A stretch of 62,651 bases of DNA, from the IMG/VR virus record IMGVR_UViG_3300014202_000736. One strand, written 5' to 3'. The notes under the pieces are model-generated. The model ran no database searches. It saw nothing but the letters and a program-made list of their open reading frames with translations, and was not told the origin of the DNA. Position numbers and translations under genes: made by a program. Origin of the DNA: a virus. Position 1 is the stretch's first letter; each line of letters begins with the position of its first letter. Below are positions 1 through 9,468 of this stretch, piece by piece.

Positions 1-71
1 CAGCCAGGATTTTGTCCGCTGTGCCAGGTGCAGCGGAGCTTCGAGAACGTCAAGCTGTTGCCTGAGTTCGA
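1..71. repeat. Terminal direct repeat, copy 1. It is identical to 62581-62651, from either circular-assembly overlap or a short terminal redundancy.
   Basis: Read directly. Both copies run cagccaggattttgtccgctgtgccagg...cctgagttcga. Confidence 0.95.
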
Positions 72-171
72 TCCTGAGCAGCACAAGGACGCTGAGTGGT
101 GGATGAACAACTGCATGGATGCTATGCTCGACCACGCTCGTGAATGTGGCCTGGTGCCCATCATCCAATAA
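1..171 (+). CDS. Hypothetical protein, 3' part of the ORF that starts at 62368 and crosses the circular junction (127 aa once the repeat is collapsed)
   Basis: Position 1 is in frame with ATG 62368, and the TAA stop is at 169-171. The ORF has GC-rich third positions. Confidence 0.5.
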   Translation, partial: QPGFCPLCQVQRSFENVKLLPEFDPEQHKDAEWWMNNCMDAMLDHARECGLVPIIQ

Positions 172-183
172 AGGATCCAAGAG

Positions 184-390
184 ATGGCCTCTCATAAGCT
201 GGTGTACGTTCTCGGCATTCATGCCACGGAAAAGCTCCTCGACACAAACGAGGCTGGTGCCGAACGCGAATGGAAGAAGGTCGTCAACGACGTAGACTTC
301 GTCACCGCGGCGCTGTTCAGAGGCGGGAACATAGCGCCTTTGTCTGGCCAGACATTCTACTTTGTGAAGGCCAAGGCCTGCAAACGATAG
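184..390 (+). CDS. Hypothetical protein (68 aa)
   Basis: ORF with an upstream aaagga SD-like element, on the same strand as its neighbours. Confidence 0.45.
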   Translation: MASHKLVYVLGIHATEKLLDTNEAGAEREWKKVVNDVDFVTAALFRGGNIAPLSGQTFYFVKAKACKR

Positions 391-414
391 CAACACACCT
401 TCGGAGAAAAACAC

Positions 415-582
415 ATGCCCAAGTACAAGGCTGATATTCGCGCCGACTTTTCGGTGGAGTTCGAAGACAACGGCGAGGACTCCATTGTTGACCAGGCACA
501 CGACGCTGGCGAAGCCGTGATCGGCCACATTGACCAGTCCTTCGACATCTCCGTCGTCGGCATGCCAGAGGAGGTGAAGTGA
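415..582 (+). CDS. Hypothetical small acidic protein (55 aa)
   Basis: ATG at 415. The stop overlaps the GTG start of the next gene (GTGA). It falls below the ORF-track cutoff and was read manually. Confidence 0.4.
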   Translation: MPKYKADIRADFSVEFEDNGEDSIVDQAHDAGEAVIGHIDQSFDISVVGMPEEVK

Positions 583-1070
583 GTTCGGCCATCTTCAACC
601 GTGGCGGCACGCATCGGCACATCTTGGTTCGAGATATTCAGGACGGTGGGCCCGTGGTCGGGTTCTTCGGCGTCAACGCCAGCACCGCCGACGGCAAACG
701 AGAGGACCAAACCACCCGCAAGTGGAATGGCTTCAGCTATCGCAACGGGTTCAGCAAATACCTCGTCGCCAACCCGTTCGACTACATCGCCACAGACGTT
801 AACGACCTGGCGAAATGTCCGAAGCCATGCAGCAGCGTCAACCTGAGGTACATTCAACAGGTGCTCGACGAAGCTGAGATCTTGATCCCATGCTGGGGCA
901 ACCGAGGCAAGGTACCTCGTCATCTATGGCCAAAGCTTGACGAACTGAAGATGATGATCTTCGCCACGTTGAAGCCGGTTCTGATTTTCGGCCTGACGAA
1001 AACAGGCGACCCGAAGCATCCGTTGATGCTGCCCTATGACACCCCACTTGTCGAATGGAAACACCTATGA
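579..1070 (+). CDS. DUF1643-like protein
   Basis: The motifs GVNASTAD, IPCWGNRG and TGDPKHPLMLPY resemble the NPSxAD...WG...HPL pattern of DUF1643. The start and stop are both coupled to neighbouring genes. Confidence 0.6.
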   Translation: MSSAIFNRGGTHRHILVRDIQDGGPVVGFFGVNASTADGKREDQTTRKWNGFSYRNGFSKYLVANPFDYIATDVNDLAKCPKPCSSVNLRYIQQVLDEAEILIPCWGNRGKVPRHLWPKLDELKMMIFATLKPVLIFGLTKTGDPKHPLMLPYDTPLVEWKHL

Positions 1071-1738
1071 ACTACGAGATCGCGACACAATCAACGGTGG
1101 ACTATGTCGACAAACTCGGCACAGACATCACCGTCGTCAACGCAGCCAGGGTCAGCTTCGACAAACACAGTGACCTGTTCGGCGGCGGCGACGATCGGCT
1201 TCTGAGGTACTTGGCTGAGCACGACCACTGGAGCCCGTTCGCCCACGCTCAAGTGCAGGTGCGCATTACGGCGCCAATCTTCGTCGCAAGGCAGCTGGTC
1301 AAGCACCAGATCGGCCTGGTCTGGAACGAGGTCAGCCGCCGCTACGTTACGGACGAACCGACGTTCTTCTTGCCCAAAGTGTGGAGGGGCAAGCCTCGAG
1401 ACGGGGCTAAACAAGGAAGCTTCGGTGAGGTTAAAATGCATCCGGATCTGATGACCAGGATTACGGACTTGATGTACGACGCCTCAAATCTCTACACAGA
1501 TTTAATGGACTTTGGTGTCTGCGCTGAGCAGGCCAGAATGTTCCTCCTCCAAAATCTCATGACTAGTTGGTACTGGACTGGTTCACTTTATGCGTGCGCC
1601 AGAGTATGCAGGCTCAGACTGGATCCCCACGCTCAAGGTGAGGCCCGAGACGTGGCCATCGCCATGAACAAGATCTGCCTGGAACATTTCCCTCACTCGT
1701 GGGAGAAGCTGGTTCCAGACTGTCATCAATGGACCTGA
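1067..1738 (+). CDS. thyX: FAD-dependent thymidylate synthase ThyX-like
   Basis: AARVSFD, APIFVARQ, NEVSRRY and LRLDPHAQ match the ThyX core. The signature RHR reads KHQ here. The start has an ATGA overlap with the upstream stop. Confidence 0.85.
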   Translation: MNYEIATQSTVDYVDKLGTDITVVNAARVSFDKHSDLFGGGDDRLLRYLAEHDHWSPFAHAQVQVRITAPIFVARQLVKHQIGLVWNEVSRRYVTDEPTFFLPKVWRGKPRDGAKQGSFGEVKMHPDLMTRITDLMYDASNLYTDLMDFGVCAEQARMFLLQNLMTSWYWTGSLYACARVCRLRLDPHAQGEARDVAIAMNKICLEHFPHSWEKLVPDCHQWT

Positions 1739-2016
1739 ACTTTATTGTGTACAGAAGCCTTCCGACAGCGTACGACGAACCATCTGCTGTTGAGGAGACT
1801 GAGATGCAAGACCACCCGTACCACGTCTACCGACTCAGCCACCTAGGCAAGGTCAACCGAGCCTGCTTCCGCTATCTTGGTGACGCGACCCAGTTCGTAA
1901 AGGCCGTCATCCCTGGTGAGTGTAGCCACTGCCAGTGGATCATCAGGAATGAGGAGAGCGGACGTCTCTGTGCTCGCTGGGAGTACCGTGGCGGCAAGAT
2001 TGAGCGCCAAGTTTAG
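1729..2016 (+). CDS. Hypothetical protein (95 aa)
   Basis: The ATG overlaps the thyX end. It is the last plus-strand gene before the convergent junction. Confidence 0.5.
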   Translation: MDLNFIVYRSLPTAYDEPSAVEETEMQDHPYHVYRLSHLGKVNRACFRYLGDATQFVKAVIPGECSHCQWIIRNEESGRLCARWEYRGGKIERQV

Positions 2017-2136
2017 CTCAGAAAGTCCGCGTCAGAGCGCGTGTAAGCATCTTTTCCCCAACGGGCCTTGGAAGGTATAGGCTTTCAGATCAAATGCTCT
2101 AGGTACGCGGCCTGACGCGGCTTTTCTTGGTAGATG

Positions 2137-2388
2137 TTAGTCCTGGCCCTCAGCCCGACCGAACGTCGCGTCAGCATGAGCGTTGACCTTGGTTACCAGG
2201 GCCTGGTGCGAGGCCTCGGCGTCGGCTGGGGCGGTGCCACCGTTCGCCTCCTTGAGGCTCTGGAAAGCCTCGACCGCCGCCTTGCCAGCCTTGAGCAGGC
2301 TTGGCAGCGCTGCGGCGCCAGGAATGATGGCGGAGGCGATGCTGCTGGAGAGTGAGCCCAGCGTGCTCAGCATTGAATTGTAGTTCAT
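2137..2388 (-). CDS. Hypothetical small protein with a weakly hydrophobic N-terminus, last gene of the late operon (lysis-associated?)
   Basis: ORF with an aaggaag SD and GC3-rich codons. It lies downstream of the endolysin and lipoprotein. Confidence 0.45.
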   Translation of the reverse strand: MNYNSMLSTLGSLSSSIASAIIPGAAALPSLLKAGKAAVEAFQSLKEANGGTAPADAEASHQALVTKVNAHADATFGRAEGQD

Positions 2389-2417
2389 GAGTTTGGCTTC
2401 CTTTGGATCCAGAGGAC

Positions 2418-2882
2418 TCAGGCCGAGGCTCGATCGAGCACAGCCAACCGATCAACCGGCTTGGTCGGTGACAGACTGGCGTGAGGGGCCGAGGCGCCGA
2501 GCAACGTCTTGAACTGCGTCAAAGCGTTCTGAGCCTGGGCGAAAGCTTCCTCGTACGAGGCAGCGTTGCCCGCTCGCCTGGCAGCCTCGGCGGCGTTGAG
2601 GAACCCGAGCACCTTGCGGCCAGCGGCGGCGATCGCCTTGGCCTTGTCAGACCCTGGCGCCGGCTTGTTCAAGTCCATGGCGAAGTCGAAGGCGTAGAGC
2701 GCAGCATCGAAGCTGCTGAACGCGAAGTTCAGGGCAGCTCGGCTCATGGTTTGGATCTGAGACGGCAGCTGAGGCGGAGTCGAGGAACCAGTCATCAGGG
2801 TGCTGAGCATCGGGGCACAGGCCCCGAGCATCATCGAGACGGCCACCAGACCGGCCATCAAAGAGTGTCGCATTTTGGTCAT
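2418..2882 (-). CDS. Lipoprotein (o-spanin-like or exclusion lipoprotein)
   Basis: Signal peptide followed by the lipobox MLGAC. It lies immediately downstream of the endolysin. Confidence 0.65.
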   Translation of the reverse strand: MTKMRHSLMAGLVAVSMMLGACAPMLSTLMTGSSTPPQLPSQIQTMSRAALNFAFSSFDAALYAFDFAMDLNKPAPGSDKAKAIAAAGRKVLGFLNAAEAARRAGNAASYEEAFAQAQNALTQFKTLLGASAPHASLSPTKPVDRLAVLDRASA

Positions 2883-2920
2883 TGTCAGTCTCCTTCGTGG
2901 TTGAGGGTTCTAGCCATACA

Positions 2921-3715
2921 CTAAAAGCCCGGTGCTTGGAAATGCATCGGGTCGTAGTTACGCTCTTTGCCGAGGTTGATCCAACCCTCGTCATACCAGA
3001 ACTGGACGAACGCGGCGTACTCGGGTCCGTCCATCTTGCCGCTTTTCCACGAGTCTCGGAATTCGTTGTTGGCGGCGTCGATGTCGATGGCAATGCCCCA
3101 GCTGTGCATCGACCAGCCTGAGCCGCCGGTGATCCGACGGACCACGCGGCACCCGCTGAAGATGTCCAGGTTCAGGCGTCGGATCTCGTCAGCGCCGTAG
3201 TGTGCCAACGTCTTAGCCAGGATCCGGTCGATCGAGTCCTTGACGAGAGCGTGGCATTCGAACCCTGAAACCTTGTGGTTCTTCTTCCGGGCATAGTCCG
3301 CGTACATCTGGAACGGAGGAACCACCCTGGCCATCGGAGCCTTCCGAGGGTCCTTGCCGAAGAACTCTGCCACGTCACGCTGCTTCGGCCACTTGGTTTT
3401 CTTGGAGGCGGGCGCCGGCTTCGGCTTAGTCGTGGCCGTCGGCTTGACGAGCAGCTTCGCATAGGCTGCCCTGGCGTCGACAGTTTTCTGGCCGACGACA
3501 CCGTCGACCAAAAGGCCGGCCTTGATGTTTGAGTTGAGGAAGAGCTGCTCGATCGCTACGTAGGTGCGTTGGTCAGACCAGGTGATCGGGTAGCGGAGCT
3601 TGCCGAGATAGTCTCGAGCAGCGTCCAGGCTTTTTTTAGCAAACCAGCCATCATCGTTGAGATTGTACTTGCCAACCACGTTCAAGAATTGCTGAAGCGT
3701 CTTTGCGTCAATCAT
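2921..3715 (-). CDS. Endolysin with an N-terminal peptidoglycan-binding domain and a C-terminal M15 (VanY-like) peptidase
   Basis: LLVDGVVGQKTVDA is a PG_binding-like motif. SMHSWGIAIDID and DPMHFQ match the SxHxxGxAxD...H zinc motif. The start is set at MIDAKT, which has an aggaga SD. Confidence 0.8.
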   Translation of the reverse strand: MIDAKTLQQFLNVVGKYNLNDDGWFAKKSLDAARDYLGKLRYPITWSDQRTYVAIEQLFLNSNIKAGLLVDGVVGQKTVDARAAYAKLLVKPTATTKPKPAPASKKTKWPKQRDVAEFFGKDPRKAPMARVVPPFQMYADYARKKNHKVSGFECHALVKDSIDRILAKTLAHYGADEIRRLNLDIFSGCRVVRRITGGSGWSMHSWGIAIDIDAANNEFRDSWKSGKMDGPEYAAFVQFWYDEGWINLGKERNYDPMHFQAPGF

Positions 3716-3725
3716 TGTCGGTCTC

Positions 3726-4541
3726 CTATGGTCCGTACGATCGGACCCTTGCTTGAGTGCGCCACACGTCATAAACCTCAGATTGGAGTCCAATGACGCC
3801 TTCAGGGCGTCCGAACACGATCTGGTCTTGAAGGTTAGAGGCGAATAGATCTGGCACGATCATCATCGGGAGGCTGGTGCCCAGTCCCAACGTGTAGGGA
3901 CCGAGCATCGCTGCCATGTCTGACTCCTTGGCGTAGCTGAAGTCCAGCTCCGCAATGGGGCGGATCAACAGCGAGTCCTCACCAGACCGGTCTTCACCCG
4001 TTTCGATGATGACCTTTTGGTTGAGGTCGACGGCAGAGAATTCAGCTCGCTGAGGTCCGATATCGAAGAGTTGACGTTGGAAGAGCACCGCTCGACTGGC
4101 CTGGTACCTCGCAGCGGCGCCCGATGGCCTGGCCGCGCTGAACTGCCAGTATCGGTACGTCTTCGGCGAGTCGAAGGTCACGAGGAACTTGCCTGGCGCT
4201 GCGACATCACGACCTGAAGCACCGGTGATTGCGGCCAAGGCGTTCGTGGTAAACAGCACGCTAGACGACACGTTCGAGGTATTGCTACCCCGGACCGTGA
4301 TCGTGTCCGTCGAGTAGAGGTTGTGCCACAGGAGCGCAGCGCCGTCGATGGCTGGCGGGTTGGCACCGAGATCGAAGTGGCCGAGGATCATGCCGCCGAC
4401 CGAGAAGTTCGGAGTCGGCTTGTAGACTCGGCCGTAGTCGTTGTTCGCCAAGTTCGCCATCGGAAACGCGGCATCCTGAGCCGGGTCCGTGCCGCCAGCG
4501 TACGTCGTGAAGTTGCGGGGCCTTGCGATCATTCCGAGCAT
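3726..4541 (-). CDS. Putative virion or tail-distal protein (271 aa)
   Basis: Assigned from position in the tail module only. I recognise no motif. Confidence 0.45.
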   Translation of the reverse strand: MLGMIARPRNFTTYAGGTDPAQDAAFPMANLANNDYGRVYKPTPNFSVGGMILGHFDLGANPPAIDGAALLWHNLYSTDTITVRGSNTSNVSSSVLFTTNALAAITGASGRDVAAPGKFLVTFDSPKTYRYWQFSAARPSGAAARYQASRAVLFQRQLFDIGPQRAEFSAVDLNQKVIIETGEDRSGEDSLLIRPIAELDFSYAKESDMAAMLGPYTLGLGTSLPMMIVPDLFASNLQDQIVFGRPEGVIGLQSEVYDVWRTQARVRSYGP

Positions 4542-4544
4542 GGT

Positions 4545-4901
4545 CTATCCCCAACAACGAAGAACGGTCTGCCCCATGGACAGATCGATGGTGAAGTCTG
4601 GAATGACTACGAGCTTGCCTCCGCTAAGCGCCCACCGATCCGAGATCAAGGTGGCGCAGGGAGGAAGTCCATCGTACATCGCCAGCGTAATGATGTCTAC
4701 CCCGATCACGGGCACGTCGAACCGTTGCCTGGGGCTCTTCAAGATGTTGAATAGCTCAGCCGCAATGGTCGCAGCATCGGCGAGCGTGGTCAGGTACGTC
4801 TCGATCTCCACCTGGCGCGCAAGCGAGTAGGCCGTCTTGATCGCATTGTCTGATGCGGTCGAGAAGCGATAGGGCTTGGTGATGAAGGAGTAAACGCTCA
4901 T
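4545..4901 (-). CDS. Hypothetical protein (118 aa), tail-module position
   Basis: ORF tightly packed in the operon. Confidence 0.45.
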   Translation of the reverse strand: MSVYSFITKPYRFSTASDNAIKTAYSLARQVEIETYLTTLADAATIAAELFNILKSPRQRFDVPVIGVDIITLAMYDGLPPCATLISDRWALSGGKLVVIPDFTIDLSMGQTVLRCWG

Positions 4902-4904
4902 AGA

Positions 4905-5324
4905 CTAGTCGAACCAGAAGATGTGGATCAAGATGCTCACGGTAAGCCAGACAGCGGTGGTGCCAAGAGCTACCTGGGTCATGCGCCATTTCGGTGGGTC
5001 TGTCTCGAGGTCGATTAGCCGGATCTTGACGAAGAACCCGAGCAAGAGAAGCAAAAGGCCTGCGGCAATGAAGTAGCCCTCAGTCCTCATTAGGATGGGT
5101 GAGAGACCGAACTGCAGGTTACCAATCGTTCGGCTTGTGTGGGTGATCGTCACACCGGCGCAAACGAGAGCAAAGGACAATGCCACCAACGAGTAGCGGT
5201 CGCTCCACCACCGGCCCTGCATACTTCGATGGCGACGAAGATAAACTCCGGTCCAATACACGGAAATGGGAAGCCCGATCAGGGCACCGAGACCGTAGAG
5301 GAAAACGAAAACAATCTCGTGCAT
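4905..5324 (-). CDS. Integral membrane protein with four predicted TM helices (holin-like or exclusion)
   Basis: There are four hydrophobic stretches of about 20 aa in the translation. Confidence 0.6.
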   Translation of the reverse strand: MHEIVFVFLYGLGALIGLPISVYWTGVYLRRHRSMQGRWWSDRYSLVALSFALVCAGVTITHTSRTIGNLQFGLSPILMRTEGYFIAAGLLLLLLGFFVKIRLIDLETDPPKWRMTQVALGTTAVWLTVSILIHIFWFD

Positions 5325-5527
5325 TACTGCTCTCCAAGGATCTGTCGTAGCGCCTCATCGACGCTTCGGGCGGGTTGCATCTCGTCCAAGCGACTCATCG
5401 AGCGGTGGGCCTCGTCAATGGCCGCACTCGCCTGCTGAAGCTTTTCCTCGGTCTTGGTTGTCGGTGTTTGCTCAGTCTGAGGTTCGATCATTTTCTCGGC
5501 CTCGCCTTGTGACTTCGGATGGTTCAT
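5324..5527 (-). CDS. Hypothetical protein (67 aa), start uncertain
   Basis: The ORF was trimmed to MNHPKS to avoid overlap with the upstream gene. The SD is weak. Confidence 0.3.
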   Translation of the reverse strand: MNHPKSQGEAEKMIEPQTEQTPTTKTEEKLQQASAAIDEAHRSMSRLDEMQPARSVDEALRQILGEQ

Positions 5528-5588
5528 CTCGGCATCAGTGCCATAGAACCACCGTAGCCCCGCGCGCAGATACTCGACGGGTCCCACG

Positions 5589-5945
5589 TCAGCCTCGGCC
5601 ACTGGTAGACTCGGTTCGAGCGTTAAGCGCCCGCATGACCTGAAGCTCAACAACGATTTTGTCGGTTTGATCTTTCCATCCTTTCGCTGCTTCGGTGAAC
5701 TTGTCGGACACCGCCCACATCGACTCTCGTTCCTTACTCATTTGGGCCCGTTCGGCGGCGAGAGTAGTCAGCAAACCCTCACGCTCACGACGCATTGCAT
5801 GGCCAGCCCACCACCTTTCAATCCAAGACGCGATGAGCAGAATAATCAACACGTAGAAGAGCAAACGAAAATCTTGCAGCTGCGCCAAGCCGTTCGTCAA
5901 CTCCCGCATCTGGTCCGGGGTAATCTGGGGTGTTTGAATAACCAT
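5589..5945 (-). CDS. Type-II membrane protein with one N-terminal TM helix and a charged helical ectodomain (i-spanin-like)
   Basis: The TM helix is FRLLFYVLIILLIASWI, followed by a charged helical region. Confidence 0.5.
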   Translation of the reverse strand: MVIQTPQITPDQMRELTNGLAQLQDFRLLFYVLIILLIASWIERWWAGHAMRREREGLLTTLAAERAQMSKERESMWAVSDKFTEAAKGWKDQTDKIVVELQVMRALNARTESTSGRG

Positions 5946-5950
5946 GGTCC

Positions 5951-6289
5951 TCAGCCCTCCCCCTTACCCTTTTCAGACGACTCGGTAAACCTCTGCTCAA
6001 GGGCCTCAACCCTGGCTTCCAGGGGATCTAGGCGCCCCTCAATGAGCTCGACGAGGTCAATCCTGTCCATAGCCCGAAGTTGAGCTGCGCGGATCATGCG
6101 TCGAGACTCGTCTTTGTTGATCTTCCAGCGCTTCCCCTTGCCGTCGGCTTTGGGAACTCGCTCACAACCAGGCACCCGAGGTTCGGAGACATTCTCCTCC
6201 AAGATCTTGCAGTCCTCGTGGCCCTCGAGGCTGCGGACAAGCATTACATCGCCGTTCGGGGCTTGGATCAGGGTCATCAGACAGCTCAT
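5951..6289 (-). CDS. Hypothetical protein with a coiled-coil C-terminus
   Basis: The ORF overlaps the upstream stop by 4 nt. Confidence 0.5.
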   Translation of the reverse strand: MSCLMTLIQAPNGDVMLVRSLEGHEDCKILEENVSEPRVPGCERVPKADGKGKRWKINKDESRRMIRAAQLRAMDRIDLVELIEGRLDPLEARVEALEQRFTESSEKGKGEG

Positions 6290-9200
6290 GGTGCGCTCAC
6301 CGTAACAGATCCTGTGATGTTGTGGACGTTGGTCAAGTTGGTACCAGACGAGATCCGGCCAACGATGCGCCAGTCATAGATGCCTCCACCGGTCAGAGGG
6401 CTATCGGTCTCGTTCATCGCATGAGCAGACGGCACCGCCATCTTAAACGGTGGGACATCGGGTTCACCACCACTCGAGTCTTCGATAGAGGAAACGTCTG
6501 AGCGAACCGACCCCTTGTCAGTCCAAATCGGGCTGCCGACCGTACCGGTGTTTCGTTGGGCCTTGAGCTGGTTGGTCCAGGAGTCTCCAATGTTCGCTGT
6601 CGATTTGGTCGGCGTGGCGTAGATCGTGCCAGCAATCAACGCACTGGTCTTGGCGCTCGGCATCGTGCCCGACATAACACCTGTCAAGTCGGTGAAGGTG
6701 TTGCTCGAGAATGGACTGAAACCTGAGCTCTTGGTGATCGGCATCGTGCCGCCTGAGCCACCACCTCCGCCTCCTGAGGTTGCGGCGTTGATGAACTTCT
6801 CAGCCTTGAGCACGAAGCTGTCTCTGGCAAGTCCGCCGTACGAGGCCGTAATGACTATTGTCGAGTAGGCAGTTTCAAGGCTGGCTAAGCTGAAGGTGCC
6901 CGTGCTGGTTCCAACCATCGGTTTAGAGCCTGAAGAAACCGTGAACAAGTTTGCTCCGCCCTCTTGGACTACGTAAGCCCAAGATACGCCTCCAGTTACA
7001 GTGCCGAGAAGGGTCTTCAACTTGTAGAGCAAATCTTTCGGAAGCTCGCCGGCGAGTGCGTTGCCAGCTGAGTCATATTGAACAGTCTGTTGGGGCGTTC
7101 CCTCGACCCACATCGTCTGGTCAGCCGCAGCTTGGGTGCGACCGATCCGGAACCCGGTCACGTAGGCTGAGAAGCCGGACTTGTCAGCAAACGAGATGAT
7201 GCACTCCACGCTGGCCGTGTTCGCCGGCGTGATGACAATGTGGTCTCGAAGCAGCCAACCAGAGGTGGCACTAGCAAAAGCTTCGGTGTAGCTCGGGCTG
7301 GTACTTAGCAAAGCGCCAGCAGAACTGTAGAACTTGGCCTGAATGGTCAAGTCCGGAGTAGCGGTGCCGCTCGTCTTGACTAAGTTGATGAACGCCCCGA
7401 CCGAGATCAATTGGTTCGGAGCGGCGGGGAACCTAGCGCCGTTGGGCTTGGCCAAGATCGTGCCGGTGGCGGCGGTGCAGACCACGCCAGTCGTGTCAGG
7501 TGCACCGGCTGGGAGGCTCGAGCTGGCGGAAAAGCTGGTCAGCGTGTAATCTGGGAACCCGGCCTTCTTGAAGTTCGGATCGACGGCGTAGTTGTCGCCT
7601 ACTGTGGCGAATGGATCTGAGTCGATGTTGGCGTAGCCAGCGGCAATGTTGGTAACCGTGCCGGCCTGGTAGGCCCAGATCTTCGGGTAGAAAAGCTTGA
7701 ACGCCTCCTCAGCCACCGAGGTCAGGATGGCGGTGCCGATGATGGGCACTATCGCCTTGCCCGTGTACTTGAGCTCGAAGTTCGTGTCGACCGGGATCGC
7801 GCCGACCGAGCCCGAGGCCACTGACGCGCCGTCCTTGTAAAGAACCCACGCGCCGGTCGAAACCGTGACCTCGAACAGCCAAGCTTGGCTAGCGAGTGAC
7901 GTACTCGTGAGGCTGAGATCGTCCAGACCCACGACAGTTTTGCCAGTTGCGCTTGTCAAGCATCGGACATACGCTGAACCTGAGAGCGGAAGACTTCCAA
8001 CGACAGCGTAGTTGTAGTTGCTTCCGACGTTAGTTCTCTTGAAGCTGTTGCCATAGATGTCAGTCAGCAGGGTTGACCCGATCGGCGAGAGCTTGACTCC
8101 AAACCCGATGTCAGTGACGGCGATCCAGGATCCCCCGTCGTAGCGACGAAGAACAGTGGTACCCGTGCTTGTGTCGGGCCAAAGGTCACCAGCGATGGCG
8201 CCAGCCGGAGGCGTCGTGCTCGGGGGCCAGATCGTGTTGATCGTGGCGTCAAAAGCGTCGAGCTGAGCCTGCAGGTCCAGAAGGATGGACGGAATGTTCG
8301 AGGCATCGTGCACGAAGTGGCAAGCTTCGGCTCCGATCCGAAGTGACCAAGTCGGCGACGCCACTGGCAGGTTGTTTGTGTTGATGACGTCTGGCAGCCT
8401 GTCTCCCTTGGCGCTGAGCGTCATCGACGAAGCCCCGAACCTCATGCGGCCGAAGGTCATCACATCGTTGACGTCCCAGAACCAGTAAGCACCGATCGAT
8501 CGAAGCACAGCTGACACGCACTCCAAGACCTTGACTTGGCTCTCGTAGTAGATGTCAAGTGGATAGCCCGCCGCTGTGTTCAAAGCTGACATGCTTGAGT
8601 TAGAAAGCGTGACGCCGGAGATCGTCATGGTGACGACCCGCTTGATGATGTCAGCCGCCTTCTTCAAGCAGGTTCCGCCATTCACCCCGTTCGTGTCACC
8701 CTTGCAGTGGACCGTGACCGGAAACGACGGCTGCGAGCCCAGCTTGATGAGACCGAGATTGTTGTTTCGAACCCACTCGCCTTGGACTACAACGGCGTCT
8801 CGGATCTCGGCATAGGCTCCGGTGTACGTGGCAGCGGGTGCTCCGCCCGTCCCGATCTCGAGTCCGCCCTCGAAGCAACCGTAGATGCTTTCGACTGGGC
8901 CATACCCATGCACTTGATAGATCTGGCGAACCTCGTCAATCAGCACGGGGCGACAGTACTTAGCATCGCCGAAACACATCGGCTTCAGCACGCCTTCAAG
9001 GTCCGGCGTGCCTTCGATGTCTCCCGAACCTGCGTAACCATAGTAGAGAACGTCTCGGTCCTCAAGCAGCTTGTCGTTCGTCCGAAGACCAACGGTGATC
9101 GACTCGTTCGACTTCCTGGTGGCACCATCACCAACCGCCGAGAAAATCAGCGGAAAGGTGCCGGCCTCCACGTCGCCAGCGTAAACCTTGATCCTGGCTC

Positions 9201-9468
9201 CGTGCCACATGTAGGCCATGATCGAGTCGAGGTCTTTGTCGGTGGCAGCGATGACGAAATTGTCGACCGTGGTGAGGCCGAACCCGGTGAAATCGCCGTT
9301 GAAGACACTGAGCCCCACTGACGGGGACTTGATCAGCAGCGGTCGCCACTCGAGGTTGTTCCAGGTAGTGACCCGAGGATCGTTCCGATTGCAGAACCGA
9401 ACCGTCTTGGTCGAGGTCGTCACCGGATCGTAGCAGGTGGCCTCAATGAAGGTGGCAAGTGTCTTCAT
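6286..9468 (-). CDS. Tail-tip, hub or host-recognition protein (1060 aa)
   Basis: It lies immediately downstream of the tape measure. Size fits this role, and it has a poly-Gly linker (GGGGGGSGG) and a Gly/Thr/Ser-rich C-terminal half. Confidence 0.65.
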   Translation of the reverse strand: MKTLATFIEATCYDPVTTSTKTVRFCNRNDPRVTTWNNLEWRPLLIKSPSVGLSVFNGDFTGFGLTTVDNFVIAATDKDLDSIMAYMWHGARIKVYAGDVEAGTFPLIFSAVGDGATRKSNESITVGLRTNDKLLEDRDVLYYGYAGSGDIEGTPDLEGVLKPMCFGDAKYCRPVLIDEVRQIYQVHGYGPVESIYGCFEGGLEIGTGGAPAATYTGAYAEIRDAVVVQGEWVRNNNLGLIKLGSQPSFPVTVHCKGDTNGVNGGTCLKKAADIIKRVVTMTISGVTLSNSSMSALNTAAGYPLDIYYESQVKVLECVSAVLRSIGAYWFWDVNDVMTFGRMRFGASSMTLSAKGDRLPDVINTNNLPVASPTWSLRIGAEACHFVHDASNIPSILLDLQAQLDAFDATINTIWPPSTTPPAGAIAGDLWPDTSTGTTVLRRYDGGSWIAVTDIGFGVKLSPIGSTLLTDIYGNSFKRTNVGSNYNYAVVGSLPLSGSAYVRCLTSATGKTVVGLDDLSLTSTSLASQAWLFEVTVSTGAWVLYKDGASVASGSVGAIPVDTNFELKYTGKAIVPIIGTAILTSVAEEAFKLFYPKIWAYQAGTVTNIAAGYANIDSDPFATVGDNYAVDPNFKKAGFPDYTLTSFSASSSLPAGAPDTTGVVCTAATGTILAKPNGARFPAAPNQLISVGAFINLVKTSGTATPDLTIQAKFYSSAGALLSTSPSYTEAFASATSGWLLRDHIVITPANTASVECIISFADKSGFSAYVTGFRIGRTQAAADQTMWVEGTPQQTVQYDSAGNALAGELPKDLLYKLKTLLGTVTGGVSWAYVVQEGGANLFTVSSGSKPMVGTSTGTFSLASLETAYSTIVITASYGGLARDSFVLKAEKFINAATSGGGGGGSGGTMPITKSSGFSPFSSNTFTDLTGVMSGTMPSAKTSALIAGTIYATPTKSTANIGDSWTNQLKAQRNTGTVGSPIWTDKGSVRSDVSSIEDSSGGEPDVPPFKMAVPSAHAMNETDSPLTGGGIYDWRIVGRISSGTNLTNVHNITGSVTVSAP

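Noticed and set aside
2017-2136. Convergent-junction terminators between the plus and minus blocks.
   Set aside because: Only short CGCG-type stems (4-5 bp) with weak T-runs are present. That is too weak to call a specific terminator, although termination must occur here.
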